A stretch of DNA of 39,663 nt from Octopus bimaculoides. Taxonomy: Eukaryota. Each line of letters starts with the position of its first letter. Position 1 is the first letter of the stretch. The notes below the pieces were generated by a model. It saw nothing but the letters and a program-made list of their open reading frames with translations. It was not told where the DNA came from and did no database searches. A program made the translations under genes and the position numbers. This document shows positions 20,492 to 32,685 of the stretch, piece by piece. The DNA lies in NCBI RefSeq assembly GCF_001194135.2, contig NC_069003.1, positions 27,321,748 through 27,361,410 of the forward strand, read 5' to 3'.

Positions 20492-21412
20492 TTAAGACAG
20501 TATCATTTGAATGAAATGTTGCTGCTATTTTTAGCAAATTGTGTATGCCTACTTTTTGCCTTTTATTTGTTTCAATCATTGAACTACAACCATGCTGGGT
20601 CTCCATGTTGAAGAGTTTAGTTGAGCAAATTGACCCCAATCTTTGGTTGGCTCGAGGTTATGGAAGACACTTGTGGGGACTGAACCTGGAACTATGTGGT
20701 TGGGAAGCAAACTTCTTACCACACAGCCATACCTGGCCCCCATAATTACAACTGAATTGAAAGTAATCCAATGGCCCAACTTAACCTTGCTTGATCAAGG
20801 ACTTACCTGGGGTTAAATAAGAGCAACAATCGGATTTGATTCATTCATGTATAAAGGCTGGCTTTGGGTCTACGGTAAATGTATTACATCATCCCTTTAC
20901 TATTGGTCTTTCATTATTTATAATCAAAGGACATTTTGTTTATAACTGGCATTTGTCTGTAGAGAGGGGGGGAGGGGGAAGAGAGAGAATACACACTTTA
21001 GTGACCATCCTGTTTAGCTTGCATCTACCAAACACACATGCACACATTCACAATAATGCATATACATGCATATGCACATACATATATTCATGCACACATA
21101 CGTAGATATACATATACATACATACATATGCACATACACTCACACACTCAGGTACATACACAGTTACACATACAGACACTGACATACACATATACAGAAT
21201 CAGGACATTTTGTCCTATAACTGACATTTTGTCTGTAGAAAGAGAGAGATAGAGACAATACACATCTCAGTGACCATCCTGTTTAGCTCACACCTACCAA
21301 ACTCGCGCATACATATACACACACATACATACATTTGCAATAATACATATACACTCACATTCACCTATATACACATACACGTTCACATACATACATGCAC
21401 GCACATACGTAG

Positions 21413-21453
<41 letters not shown>

Positions 21454-21501
21454 CATACGCATGTACACATACATACTCATATGCACATATATACGCATAC
21501 A

Positions 21502-21651
21502 TACAGGTACTACTCATTTTTGCCAGCTGAGTGGACAGGAGCAATGTGAAATAAAGTTTCTTACTCAAGGACACAACATGTCACCGGGAATTGAACTCAT
21601 GACCTTACGATCCTGAGCCGAATGCCCTAACCATTAAGCCACACGCCTTCA
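21502..21651 (-). mobile_element. SINE family C, 5' half
   Basis: Reverse complement of the head and core at 24111-24260. Confidence 0.85.
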
Positions 21652-22249
21652 CTGTCCCATAAATAAAACCAAAACCAAAATAGGTGTTATTGAAATAACA
21701 TACAGATTCACACATATACACACATATAGATTCGTAGCCTTGATTTATGTGGCTCTTCATATATTGGTAGAATGGTTAGATTGCATGTTGTCCCATAAAT
21801 AGAACCAAAACCAAAATAGATGTTATTAAAATAACATTTATTTTTACAGAAATATATTGCAACAGTTACATTTTTACATAGTTTCTTGGCAGTAGTGTAA
21901 GGAGGAATGCTAGAATTAAATGTAGTTCATAGTTATGTTAATAACAGAAAAGATTAATGTTACGTGAGAGGCAGAAATAATGTTCTGACCATACTGGTCA
22001 AAGATTCCTTTAACCCTGGGCTGAGCTGCAACCAAAGAAACCTGTCTGTTTAAATCTGTGATTCTCAATTGAGGTCCATATGGCTCTTAGGGGTCTATAT
22101 AAGATTTTTTAATATTAAAATTTCTCAGCAATAAATTGGTTTATACTTCTGCAATTCACAAAATATTTTAACAATTTTTTTAATACCATTCCTAATAGTA
22201 TTTAAACTATAAAAATGTGAGAGGATTTTTTGATATTGTATGGCTATAA

Positions 22250-22482
22250 GGTGGCGACCTGGCAGATTCGTTAGCACGCCGGGCGAAATGCTTAGCGGTA
22301 TTTCGTCTGTCATTACGTTCTGAGTTCAAACTGCGCCGAGGTCGACTTTGCCTTTCATCCTTTCGGGGTCGATAAATAAAGTACCAGTTACACACTGATG
22401 TCAATGTAATCGACTTAATCCCTTTGTTTGTCCTTGTTTGTCCCCTCTATGTTTAGCCCTTTGTGGGCAATAAAGAAATAAG
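22250..22482 (+). mobile_element. Full-length SINE family A1
   Basis: Same body and tail as 2828-3063. Confidence 0.9.
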
Positions 22483-23117
22483 GAACATATCCAACTAACT
22501 AAGCAATTGTTTGTTTCTTTTTTGTCAAAGCTCGGTGAATTTCCTCTTAGTCTATTATGGAGGCCATGTTTGGGAATTGAACCAGGGCATGTGTTNNNNN
22601 NNNNNNNNNNNNNNNNNNNNNNNNNNNNNNNNNNNNNNNNNNNCCCTCCTTCCCTCCCTCCCTCCCCCCACCTGTGTGTGTGTGTATAAAACTTAATACA
22701 AGGTAAAAACACTTTCCTTAACAGGGATGTAAAACTAGATCATATAAAATTTAATTTTTGTGTATACATGCATGCACACACACACACACACACAAACACT
22801 CACACACTCACTCACACATACCTGCATGCACACACACACACATACATACATACATACATATATACAAACATACATTTGAGAGAGGGAGTGACAGAGATAG
22901 AGAAACAGACAGACAGATAGACAGATGGACAGTAATGGCAGAGTGATAGATAAATGAATAGACATATTCAAAATCATGCCTATAATGAGGATACCCCCCC
23001 CTTTTTTAAGGGATGGTCCAATTATCATAGTTTGATAGAGGAATATTCATACACATACACTCAGACATACCCTCATAGAGACACACATACATATACACTT
23101 TTACATGTATAAATATA

Positions 23118-23210
<93 letters not shown>

Positions 23211-23761
23211 GCAGACGCATATGCATACACATATATGCATATACCTACATACATGTATAAATGCATACACATACACACACACACGCACACCCACACACCA
23301 CACAGACTTGTATACATACACACACACACACACATACATATGAATACATATAGATGAACACACGGGAATGTGTATGAACGCATGAAAATGTGTATGTGCG
23401 TGTGTGTGTTATTTTGACCGTTTGTTTGAATAGTGCTGAGTGGAAAGTTCGTTAATATATTCCTGTGACCTGGGAAGGAAAGAAATGATCAGTTTTAGTA
23501 AATTTCTTCATTTATCTGGCTGCATCTCCCGGTAGTGGTGATGAGGTTCGTATATTTCCCCTAAATTCAGACATTTAAACAATAACAACAACAACAACAA
23601 CTGCAAGAGGAGAAAGTAGAAGAAGAAGAAGAAGAAGAAGAAGAACGGAAATAAAACAAAGGAGAAGGAGAAAGGAAAAGAATCAAAGGAAAGTACTAAA
23701 GATTTCAAAATGAAAGTCAAAGTAGGTAGCATTTTAATGTTAATTCTTGTTCTTTTGCTCT

Positions 23762-24091
23762 TTTGCTTGTTTCATTCATTTGACTGTGGCCATGCTGGAG
23801 CACCGCCTTTTAGTCGAGCAAATCAACCCCAGGACTTATTCTTTGTAAGCCTAGTACTTATTCTATTGGTTTCTTTTTGCCGAACCGCCAAGTTACGGGG
23901 ACGTAAGCACACCACCATCGGTTGTCAAGTGATGTTGGGGGGGGGGGACAAACACAGACACACAAGCATATACATACACGTATGTAAATATATATATATA
24001 CATATATATGACGGGCTTCTTTCAGTTTCTGTCTATCAAATCCACTCACAAGGCTTTGGTCAGCCCGAGGCTATAGTAGAAGACACTTGCC
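23762..24091 (-). mobile_element. SINE family B lacking its tRNA head
   Basis: Matches 8826-9115 and stops at gaagacacttgcc. Confidence 0.87.
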
Positions 24092-24105
24092 TAATTGTTA
24101 AATCT

Positions 24106-24437
24106 CAGTGAAGGTGCGTGGCTTAGTGGTTAGGGGCATTCGTCTCACGATCGTAAGGTCGTGAGTTCAATTCCCGGCGACGCATTGTGTCCTTGAGCAA
24201 AACACTTCATTTCACATTGCTCCAGTCCACTCAGCTGGCAAAAATGAGTTGTACCTGTGTTTCAAAGGGCTGGCCTTGTCATGCTATGTGTCACGCTGAG
24301 TCTCCCTGAGAACTTCATTAGGGGTAAACGTGTCTGTGGAGTGCTCAGTCACTTGCACGTTAATTTCACGAGCAAGCTGTTCCGTTGATTGTATCAGCTG
24401 GGACCCTCGTCGTTGTAACCAACAGAGTGCTCCTTTT
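24106..24437 (+). mobile_element. Full-length SINE family C with a 14-bp TSD
   Basis: taattgttaaatct at 24092-24105 and 24438-24451; tRNA-like head ggcttagtggttaggg...gagttcaattcccgg. Confidence 0.9.
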
Positions 24438-26045
24438 TAATTGTTAAATCTATTTTCTGCATTTAGCTTCAATTAAGTATTAACCTTTAATAATCTTCCA
24501 CACATTTTTATTTTTATATTTGTGGGCTGTACTCTTGTGTATTTAATTACTTCTTAATTATTTGAAAGTGTATTTGCTTTCTATCGTCACAGTTTTTGTA
24601 TCTTATATAGCATGAGTATGTTTTTTTAATTAATTTTCCCTCATTAATATTATCTTCACTGATTTTTCTACACAGAATTTCATATGAATTTCTCCAGTAA
24701 ATCCTTGACCTGCTTATATCAGTATCTCTAGTTTATCATCTTGTAGTGTATATCTTGAGGTCACCCACATATAAAAATTGGCCAAGTGTCCTGTAATGGC
24801 ATTTGTATCTGAATCTAGTTTGATTTTACATAGTACAAGACAGAAAAGGGGTTGAGAGAAGCTGTGACTCACACTGGAATGTTCCTCTGTGAATAGAGGT
24901 GGGGCTGGTTTCTATAATTCCCCCTTTTGTCTGTCCCTGGAGTATTGCTTTCTGTTTATTCAAATTGCTTATATTAAAATCAACCCAGGTTTAATATGTT
25001 GGTTAAGGGTGTTAATACCAGACAGAAAGGGAATGGTGGAAAAGAATCGCTTTGGAATATTCTTCTAATGAGGATGTAATTTGTTTTTATGACCAAGGCC
25101 TTTGGCAATATACTGTGCTTGAGAAGACCTGTCAAGCCAAGTGAGATCATAGACATGGATGATGTCAGTGTTTCGTAACAGGTACCCATACTGGTGGCAT
25201 GTAAAAAGCACCCACTATGCTCTCAGAATGGTTGGCATTAGGAAGGGCATCCAGCCATAGAAACCATGCTAAATCAGATTGGAACCTGGTGCAGCTCTCC
25301 AGCTTACCACTTTTCATTCAAACTGTCCAACCCATGCTAGCATGGTATACAGATGTTAAATGATGATGATGATGATGAATACCTTCTTTTTGTCTGTGAC
25401 TGTAGAATAGAGGTGGAGTTGGTTACTATAATTCCCCCTTTTGTCTATGCCTGTAACATTTGAACTTAGAACTTATTGTCAGAAGTAGTGCCACTAAACA
25501 TGCTTTCTGGGGTGGTTATAATTTTGCCAGCTCAATGCCCTAAAGTATATGTAAAATATTATCAATAAATATAACAACCAACATGTAAATTTTCATTAAC
25601 CCTTTAGCATTTAAGCCAGCCATATCAAGCCAATATACTCTACCTCTTTTATTTTAAAACTGGTCAGAATCAGCCTTTCACACTTCTTCTGAAATATTAT
25701 TCTAGAAATTAACAATCATGTCACTGAAGTCTCAAACCTACAAAATAACGCATGACTAATGTGTGTGTGTGTGGGCATGCATGTTTGTGTATGTGTGTGT
25801 ATGTGTGTGCGCTTGTGTGCGTACATGTGTCTTTGTGTTAATTTTGTTCCTCACCACTGTTTCTTAACCAATGTTGGTTTGTTAATGTCCTCGTAACTTA
25901 GCTTTCAGCAAAAGGAACCCTTAGAATAAGTACCAGATTTGAAGAAATAAATACTTGTTTCAATTTGCTCAACTAAATTCCTTCAAGGAGGTGCCCCAGC
26001 ATGGCCACAATCTAATGACTGAAACAAGTAAAAGATAAAAGGTAA

Positions 26046-26243
26046 TCTTTTCTACTCTAGGCACAAGGCCCAAAATCTTTTGTGGGGAGGAGGCCAGCCA
26101 ATTACATTGATCCAGTATGCAACTGGTACTTAATTTATCGACCCCGAAAGGATGAAAGGCAAAGCCAACCTCGGCAGAATTTGAACTCAGAATGTAAAGA
26201 CAGACAAAATACCGCTAAGCATTTCTCCCGGTGTGCTAACATT
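26046..26243 (-). mobile_element. SINE family A2
   Basis: Same as 1257-1450. Confidence 0.85.
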
Positions 26244-26367
26244 TCTGCCAGCTTGCTGTGTTAAAGGATAAAAGATAATGAAGTAGGAGAAGGTGGAGGA
26301 AGAAGATGAGGCTATCATCATTCTTTAAGGTTTCTAACAGTAATCTTGTCTCTTCTGTTAATTTCAG

Positions 26368-26660
26368 AAACAGTTGCAATGTGGTGCCAAAGACAAAGTG
26401 GATATTTTCACCATAACAGGATCGATACCTGTCTTGAAGAAATTCGAGGATTTTGACAACTCATGGAAAACAACAACAAAAACGACAACAACAGCAACAC
26501 CAGAATTTATCTCTCCTTCAAACTGTGAGTCCAAAATATGCTTGTCTGTGAAAGATCCAATCAGTTTGGACAATGGCCAGGTGGCTTTACAACAACACAA
26601 AACCAAGGAAGACCCTGAAAATGAGGAAAACGATGCAGAAACAAGAGAACAACAGCAGGG
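26368..26660 (+). CDS. Candidate internal exon of an unidentified gene (KQLQCGAKDKVDIF...Thr-rich...ETREQQQG)
   Basis: Strong acceptor (tcttgtctcttctgttaatttcag) and donor (GG|gtaaga) bracket a fully open frame of non-repetitive sequence; phase 0/2; no recognisable homology. Confidence 0.5.
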
Positions 26661-27693
26661 GTAAGAGAATTACAAATGTCTGTATCTTTTATGTTACATC
26701 TTTTATTCTTTTACTTGTTTCAGTCATTGGACAGCAGCCATGCTGGAGGCGTTGCTTGGAAGGGTTTAGTCAAATAGATCGATCCCAGTGTTTATCTTTC
26801 TAAGTCTGGTACTCAGTCATTTCAGTCTCTTTTGATGAATCTCTAAGTTAGAAAAATGTAAACAAACCAACACTGGTTGTCAAGAGTGTGTGTGGTGGTG
26901 GTGGTGGTGGTGGTGGTGGTGGTGGTGGAGGTGTTGAAAGTGGTGATGGTGGTGGTAATATTGTTATTGCTTATCGTGTTGATGATGATGATGACAATGG
27001 GGATGTCGATGATGATAATGATGATGACGGTAACAATGATATAACATCAAGGGTGGACTTGTCATTGTTTTTGTCCACAAGATCCTAAAAAAAGAAAAGA
27101 AAAGAAAAAAAAAAGACAATAGGTCCACATCACTCCTTTTCTGGCCTAATATAAGGTCAAGGGTTACATCAGAAGGTCAAAGAGTAATTGTTTAAAACTT
27201 TGTATTTAGTCTTATTATTTATTTAGCTGCTGATTAAACCTAATTAACTGAAATACCAAAAATGTCACATTACGCCCCTCCCCCTCCCCTACACCCACAC
27301 ACATACAATCCCATTAACCAATGGAAAACCCTCTGATTGGTGCTCAATCTGCTAGAAATAACAGCTGAATTCCTTTAGTTCATAAAGTAAGAAAATATTA
27401 GACAAGCTAGACTTAGCCGTTTCAGGATTGTCAATACCTTTGTCTTTTTATATTCTACTTGTTTCAGTCGTTAGACTGTGGCCATGCTGGGGCAATGCTG
27501 AGAAGTGTTTAGTTGAAAAAGGAATCAATCACTGTACTTGTTTTAGATCTGGGACTTATTTTTTCAATTTCTTTTGCCAAACTGTTAAGTTACAGAGACT
27601 TAAACAAACCAACACTAGTGGTTGAGAGGTGGTGGGCATGGGACAAGCACAGCTGCAAAGATACATACACTTGCATAGTCACAGTATTGTACT

Positions 27694-27855
27694 CACTAAT
27701 GTAGCTGGGGTGGGAGGCATAGGAGCGGTCCTCCCTGGGTGGTACTTTTCATCCTCTTGTAAGCTATTGCTGTAGGCAGTATGTGTTTTTTGTGGGATCC
27801 GGGGGTGCAAACGTAAGGGCCGACCCAAGCGGCACACCCTCTAGCTACCCTAGTG
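27694..27855. mobile_element. hAT-type MITE (162 bp)
   Basis: TIRs cactaatgtagctggggtg / caccctctagctaccctagtg; 8-bp TSD attgtact / actgtact. Confidence 0.72.
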
Positions 27856-28017
27856 ACTGTACTGTATATTTTTCTTATTATTTTTTATAATTTGTATATA
27901 TTTATTTTATTATAAATGCAAACCGACACCACAGAGGAATCGATGTAAGTTTAAATAATAAACCGCGATAGGTGAGCCGTGATATGGCAAAGGATTACTG
28001 AATATCAATACCTACAT

Positions 28018-28473
28018 CAGGGGTTCTCAACAGGAGGGCGGGGAGCTGGCAGAAACGTTAATATGTCGGACGAAATGCCTAGTGGTATTTCGTCTGCCGT
28101 TACGTTCTGAGTTCAAATTCCGCCGAGGATAACTTGCCTTTCATCCTTTCAGGGTCGATAAATAAAGTACCAGTTACACACTGGGGTCGATGTAATCGAC
28201 TTAATCCCTTTGTCTGTCCTTGTTTGTCCCCTCTATGTGTAGCCCCTTGTGGGCAATAAAGAAATAAGGAGTTCTCAACAGGGTCCATCTAGATCCTGGG
28301 TATCCATGTAAGACTTTTTTGCGGGGTGGGGAGGTCCACGAAATCAATATAGTAAATTAGGGATTCACACTAATTACAGTAGGAACTTTTAAACATTGAA
28401 TGGCTATGGGGATCCACCCAAGTAATATAGGAATCAAGGGGATCCATAGGTTTAAAATGGTTGAGAACCCTTG
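28018..28473. mobile_element. hAT-type MITE interrupted by a SINE A1
   Basis: TIRs caggggttctcaac / gttgagaacccttg; 8-bp TSD acctacat / acccacat. Confidence 0.85.
28035..28270 (+). mobile_element. SINE family A1 nested in the left TIR of the hAT MITE
   Basis: 12-bp TSD gttctcaacagg at 28023-28034 and 28271-28282. Confidence 0.9.
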
Positions 28474-28819
28474 ACCCACATTATCCGGGATACATTTGTT
28501 TTCACATTTCGTTTTAAACTACGATGTGATTTGGGTGAAGTAAGATGGGTTGTCATTTCTAGCTGAAATTGCGACCACGTAGAGCAGGCACTGGAAACTT
28601 TTTTTCGAGGAGTGGGCCACATGAGGAGTGGGCTCGTCATTAGCCTAGCTGCACTACTAAAGAAATTAAAAGTAATTTTTTTTTTTTAGTAAGGCGTGCC
28701 ATTTAGAAAGTCCCACGGGCCGCAATTTGCCTATGACTGACGTAGATGTTCCTTTATTGACTTCATGATGATGATGATGATGATGATGACCGTGGTGATG
28801 TTGTTTGTTGTTGTTGTTG

Positions 28820-29169
28820 TTGGCACTCCGTTGATCCGATCAACGGAACAGCCTGCTCGTGAAATTAACGTGCAAGTGGCTGAGCACTCCACAGACATGT
28901 GTACCCTTAATGTAGTTCTCGGGGATATTCAGCGTGACACAGTGTGACAAGGCTGACCCTTTGAAATACAGGTACAACAGAAACAGGAAGTAAGAGTGAG
29001 AGAAAGTTGTGGTGAAAGAGTACAGCAGGGTTCGCCACCATCCCCTGCCAGATCCTTGTGGAGCTTTAGGAGTTTTCGCTCAATAAACACTTACAACGCC
29101 CGGTCTGGGAATCGAAACTGCGATCCTATGACCGCGAGTCCGCTGCCCTAACCACTGGGCCATTGCGCC
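28820..29169 (-). mobile_element. Full-length SINE family G
   Basis: Head ggcgcaatggcccagtggttagggcagcggactcgcggtc...gtttcgattcccagacc on the minus strand, followed by a (CAA)n tail. Confidence 0.88.
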
Positions 29170-29639
29170 TCCGCGGTGGTGATGGTAGAGAAGGAAAAAC
29201 TGATTGCGGAGCTGGTGATGGCGAAACTAGTGGTGGTGGTGGTATGGGAGGGGATTGGTGGTGTTGGCTCCGGTGGTAGTGGTGGTGGTGGTGGTGATAA
29301 TGATGAGGGCATCCAGTCACTGAATAACAACCACAATAACAACAACGACGACCATAGCAACAGTCACACATGGATCAATCATTTGTCACTTAATTATGAT
29401 AGCTTAGTCCTCCCCAATCTTCCAGTTCAATCAGTGCGCTGACAGCGATATGATATCCTACTTTCTATCTAATCAACAATAACGTACATACAATCAATTA
29501 CCAAAACAATTAGGCCACTTATTATCACATTAATTAGATCACTTAATGAACTTTATTCTAATCTACCATCATAAAAAAAGAACAACCAGTTACAATGAAA
29601 AATAATTATTAATTATACACATAAACTGTCATTTCATTG

Positions 29640-29894
29640 GTTACGACGATAGGGTTTCCAGTTGATCCGATCAACGGAACAGCCTGCTCATGAAATTAAC
29701 GTGCATGTGGCTGAGCACTCCGTAGATAAGCGTACCCTGAACGCAGTTCTCATGGAGATTCAGCGTGACACAGAATGCGACGAGGCTGACCCTTTTTAAT
29801 TACAGGTACTACTCGTTTTTGCCAGCTGAGCAGACTGGAGCAACGTGACATAAAGTGTCTTGCTCAAGGACACAACGCATCACCGGGAATTGAA
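29640..29894 (-). mobile_element. SINE family C (head truncated)
   Basis: Reverse complement of about 24165-24420. Confidence 0.85.
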
Positions 29895-30396
29895 ATTGTG
29901 GTGGTGGTGGTGGTGGTAGAGATGGAAGTTGATGTTGATAGTGGTGGTGGCTGATTGGCTGGCTGGCGGCGACGACGACGATGACGATAATGAAGTTGAG
30001 GATGACCGGTGTGTCAATTTTGTCAAGGGAAATAACTCTTGTAATAATTGTTTACATGTACTTGAAACATTTTTCTTACATTGTTGTTGCTGTTGATGAT
30101 GATGATGATGAAGAAACTCTAAACTTACATTTTATATTGAGTACTACATTGTGTATATATATATACGTGTTGCCACAATAAAGTGTTTGAGTTGCAGCCT
30201 CGCTTGTATATGTTTTTCATCCGGGTTTACTACCAGCGAAATTTGAGCCTTCTGGTAGTCACATTAGGTGTCTCATAACGGCCTTGCACCACCAAAAGAT
30301 CCATTTTCGTTGTGTAATAGTATCTGATAGTATCTGATAGACGCTGCTCGTGGCTGGGCTTTATAAAGGAAACACCGACACAGAAACCCAAATGGA

Positions 30397-30427
<31 letters not shown>

Positions 30428-31349
30428 CGCACGCACGTACGTACATATGTATGTATGCAGATTTCATTGTTAAAAATTATAATCATTTAGAGAAAAATAT
30501 TTTAAATTTCTTTCTAACTGGATCGAAGACGATATACAACATATGTAAACATTTTATTGTTGCTGTTCTATGTGTCGCTGCTTTTTAAGAGCAGTGTGCT
30601 ATTTAGAAGGTATTTAACTGCTATTTCTAATATATCGGGCAGCCCGATAAATCCGTCCAGCCTGGCCTATGTTTTAACTTTTTAAGGGGAAGTAACTCTA
30701 GAGGTAATTGATCATACTGAGCTATTATTCTCTCTTTCTTCCCCACTCTCTCTCTTCCCCATTTCTCTGTCTTCCCCCCTCTCTCTTATTAAATGAGATA
30801 AGCAATTAAATTAACAATAATTGATGTTTAATAATATGTGTGTATGTTGTGTTTAGTGTGTATACGTGTATGTATGCCATGCGTGTGTGCCTGCGTGTAA
30901 GAGTGTGTGTGCATCTCTGTGTGTATATACGTGTACGTGTTTGTATGTGTGTGTGTTTGTATGATGTGTGTGTGTGTGTGTGTGTTTGTATGTGTGTGTG
31001 TTTGTATGTGTGTGTGTGTTTGCGTGTGCACGCACGTGTGTGTTAATCCTAGCTGTGTAGTGACTGCGACACTGGCTCGTTGTTCTTTATGTTGTATTGA
31101 AGAATTGCCGAAGAATTTCTTTGAAGTTATTGTGATCTTGCCACTGGTCGCATGATGACCCCCCGCAGATCTATGAACAAAGACCTTACAGACATGGTTA
31201 ATCTCTCTGTTCTTCTTCTTTTTGTGGGTGGTGAGGGTCCCGAGCATTGTGCATCTAGGACTACATTATCTAATATAGACTTCCTTCTTTTAAGGTGATA
31301 GGTAGCAAAGTTTTCTTTTTACATATTTTTGTTTTCACGATACATGTTT

Positions 31350-31720
31350 GGCTGTGTGGTAAGAAGCTTGCTTCTCAACCACATGGTTCCGAGTTCAGTT
31401 CCACTGCGAGGCATCTTGAACAATCATGAAGTAGTGAGTTCGATTCCCGGACCGGGAAGTGTGTTGCGCTCTTGAGCACGACACTTTATTTCACATTGCT
31501 CCAGTTCACTCACCTGTAGAAATGAGATGCGACTGGTGCCAAGCTGTATTGACCTTTGCCTTTCCCTTGGATAACATCGGGCGCGTGAAGAGAGGAGAGG
31601 CTTGTATGCATGGGCTGCAGCTGGTCTTCCACAAACAACCTCGCAGGGAACTTGTGCCTCGGAGGGTAACTTTTTAGGTGCATCCCATTGTCATTCATAA
31701 CCGACGGGGGTCTTTACCCT
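31350..31720 (+). mobile_element. Composite: family B head followed by a SINE with a C-type core and a different tail (family H)
   Basis: ggctgtgtggtaagaagcttg..., then gagttcgattcccgg...cttgagcacgacactttatttcacattgctccag, then a distinct 3' region. Confidence 0.65.
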
Positions 31721-32159
31721 TTCTGCTGAAATAAAGTTTGAAACGATATATATATATATACCGGTACTCCCTCGGTTGCAGTTGATCTAATCAATCGCAC
31801 AGATTGCTCGTGAAATTAACTTGCAAGTGGCTGAGCGCTCCACAGACACGTGTGACTGAACGATTAGGCATGAGATCCACAGAAGCGTTTTCCCTATTAT
31901 TCCACATTCCCGTCTAGCTTAGGACCACACTGTATATTCCGACATGATATGGTGTGCAGTGCGACTGTCTGGACATACAACAATGATGATAATAATCAAT
32001 AAAATTAATACGCTTTTTGTTTTTGTACGTACCTGTTGTGTGCGTCACACTTACTTCAAAGAAGCGACAAAGCTAGAGAGAGGAGAACAGAGAGTGAGAG
32101 AGAAAGAGAGAGTGAGAGAGGAAGAGAGAGTGAGAGAGGAAGAGAGAGTGAGAGAAAAA

Positions 32160-32333
32160 TTGACTGCGGCCATGCTGGAGCACCGCCTTTAGTCGAACAA
32201 ATCGACCCCAGGACTTATTCTTTGTAAGCCTAGTACTTATTCTATCGGTTTTTTTGCCGAACCGCTAAGTTACGGGGACGAAAACACACCAGCATCGGTT
32301 ATCAAGCGATGTTGGGGGGACAAACACAAACAC
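32160..32333 (-). mobile_element. SINE family B, 3' half
   Basis: tgactgcggccatgctggagcaccgcc...ggacaaacac. Confidence 0.87.
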
Positions 32334-32685
32334 AATTGTATAGTCGTTCGTTTTAGTCTAGTGAATTGTTTATACGAGATATAAAACTTCTATTTCTGGT
32401 TGATGCGTTGTGTAAATGAGATCAGTAGCACATCACCGCTATTATTTGGCTGCCATTCACCTTTTCAGGTGAATGTTTTTTTGTTTTTTTTTTAATAGGC
32501 CACGGAGCTATTAAATAATGTAAGAGATGTGTCAGACTTACGTTATGTACTTTGAGAAAGAAGGTATAATGAGATGATGCACCCTCCCCACATAACTACC
32601 GACGTACTGTAAGAACTCTAACGTATGTTTGTTATAAAAGTCGGTGATTATTTGGCTTGTATTCAATATTTTATGGGTAACAAAG

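Noticed and set aside
24111-24180. tRNA genes at the SINE heads (also about 2830, 22250 and 29100-29169)
   Set aside because: A/B boxes are present, but the sequences run into SINE bodies with tails and TSDs and lack a complete cloverleaf acceptor stem.
26364-26606. Minus-strand 80-aa ORF with an apparent TM segment (GVAVVVVFVVVF)
   Set aside because: It is the antisense shadow of the (ACA)n Thr run. The plus-strand frame has the strong splice sites.
26880-29340. (GGT)n/(GAT)n tracts as Gly- or Asp-rich coding exons
   Set aside because: Simple trinucleotide repeats typical of this genome, adjoining SINE tails, with no splice-site support.
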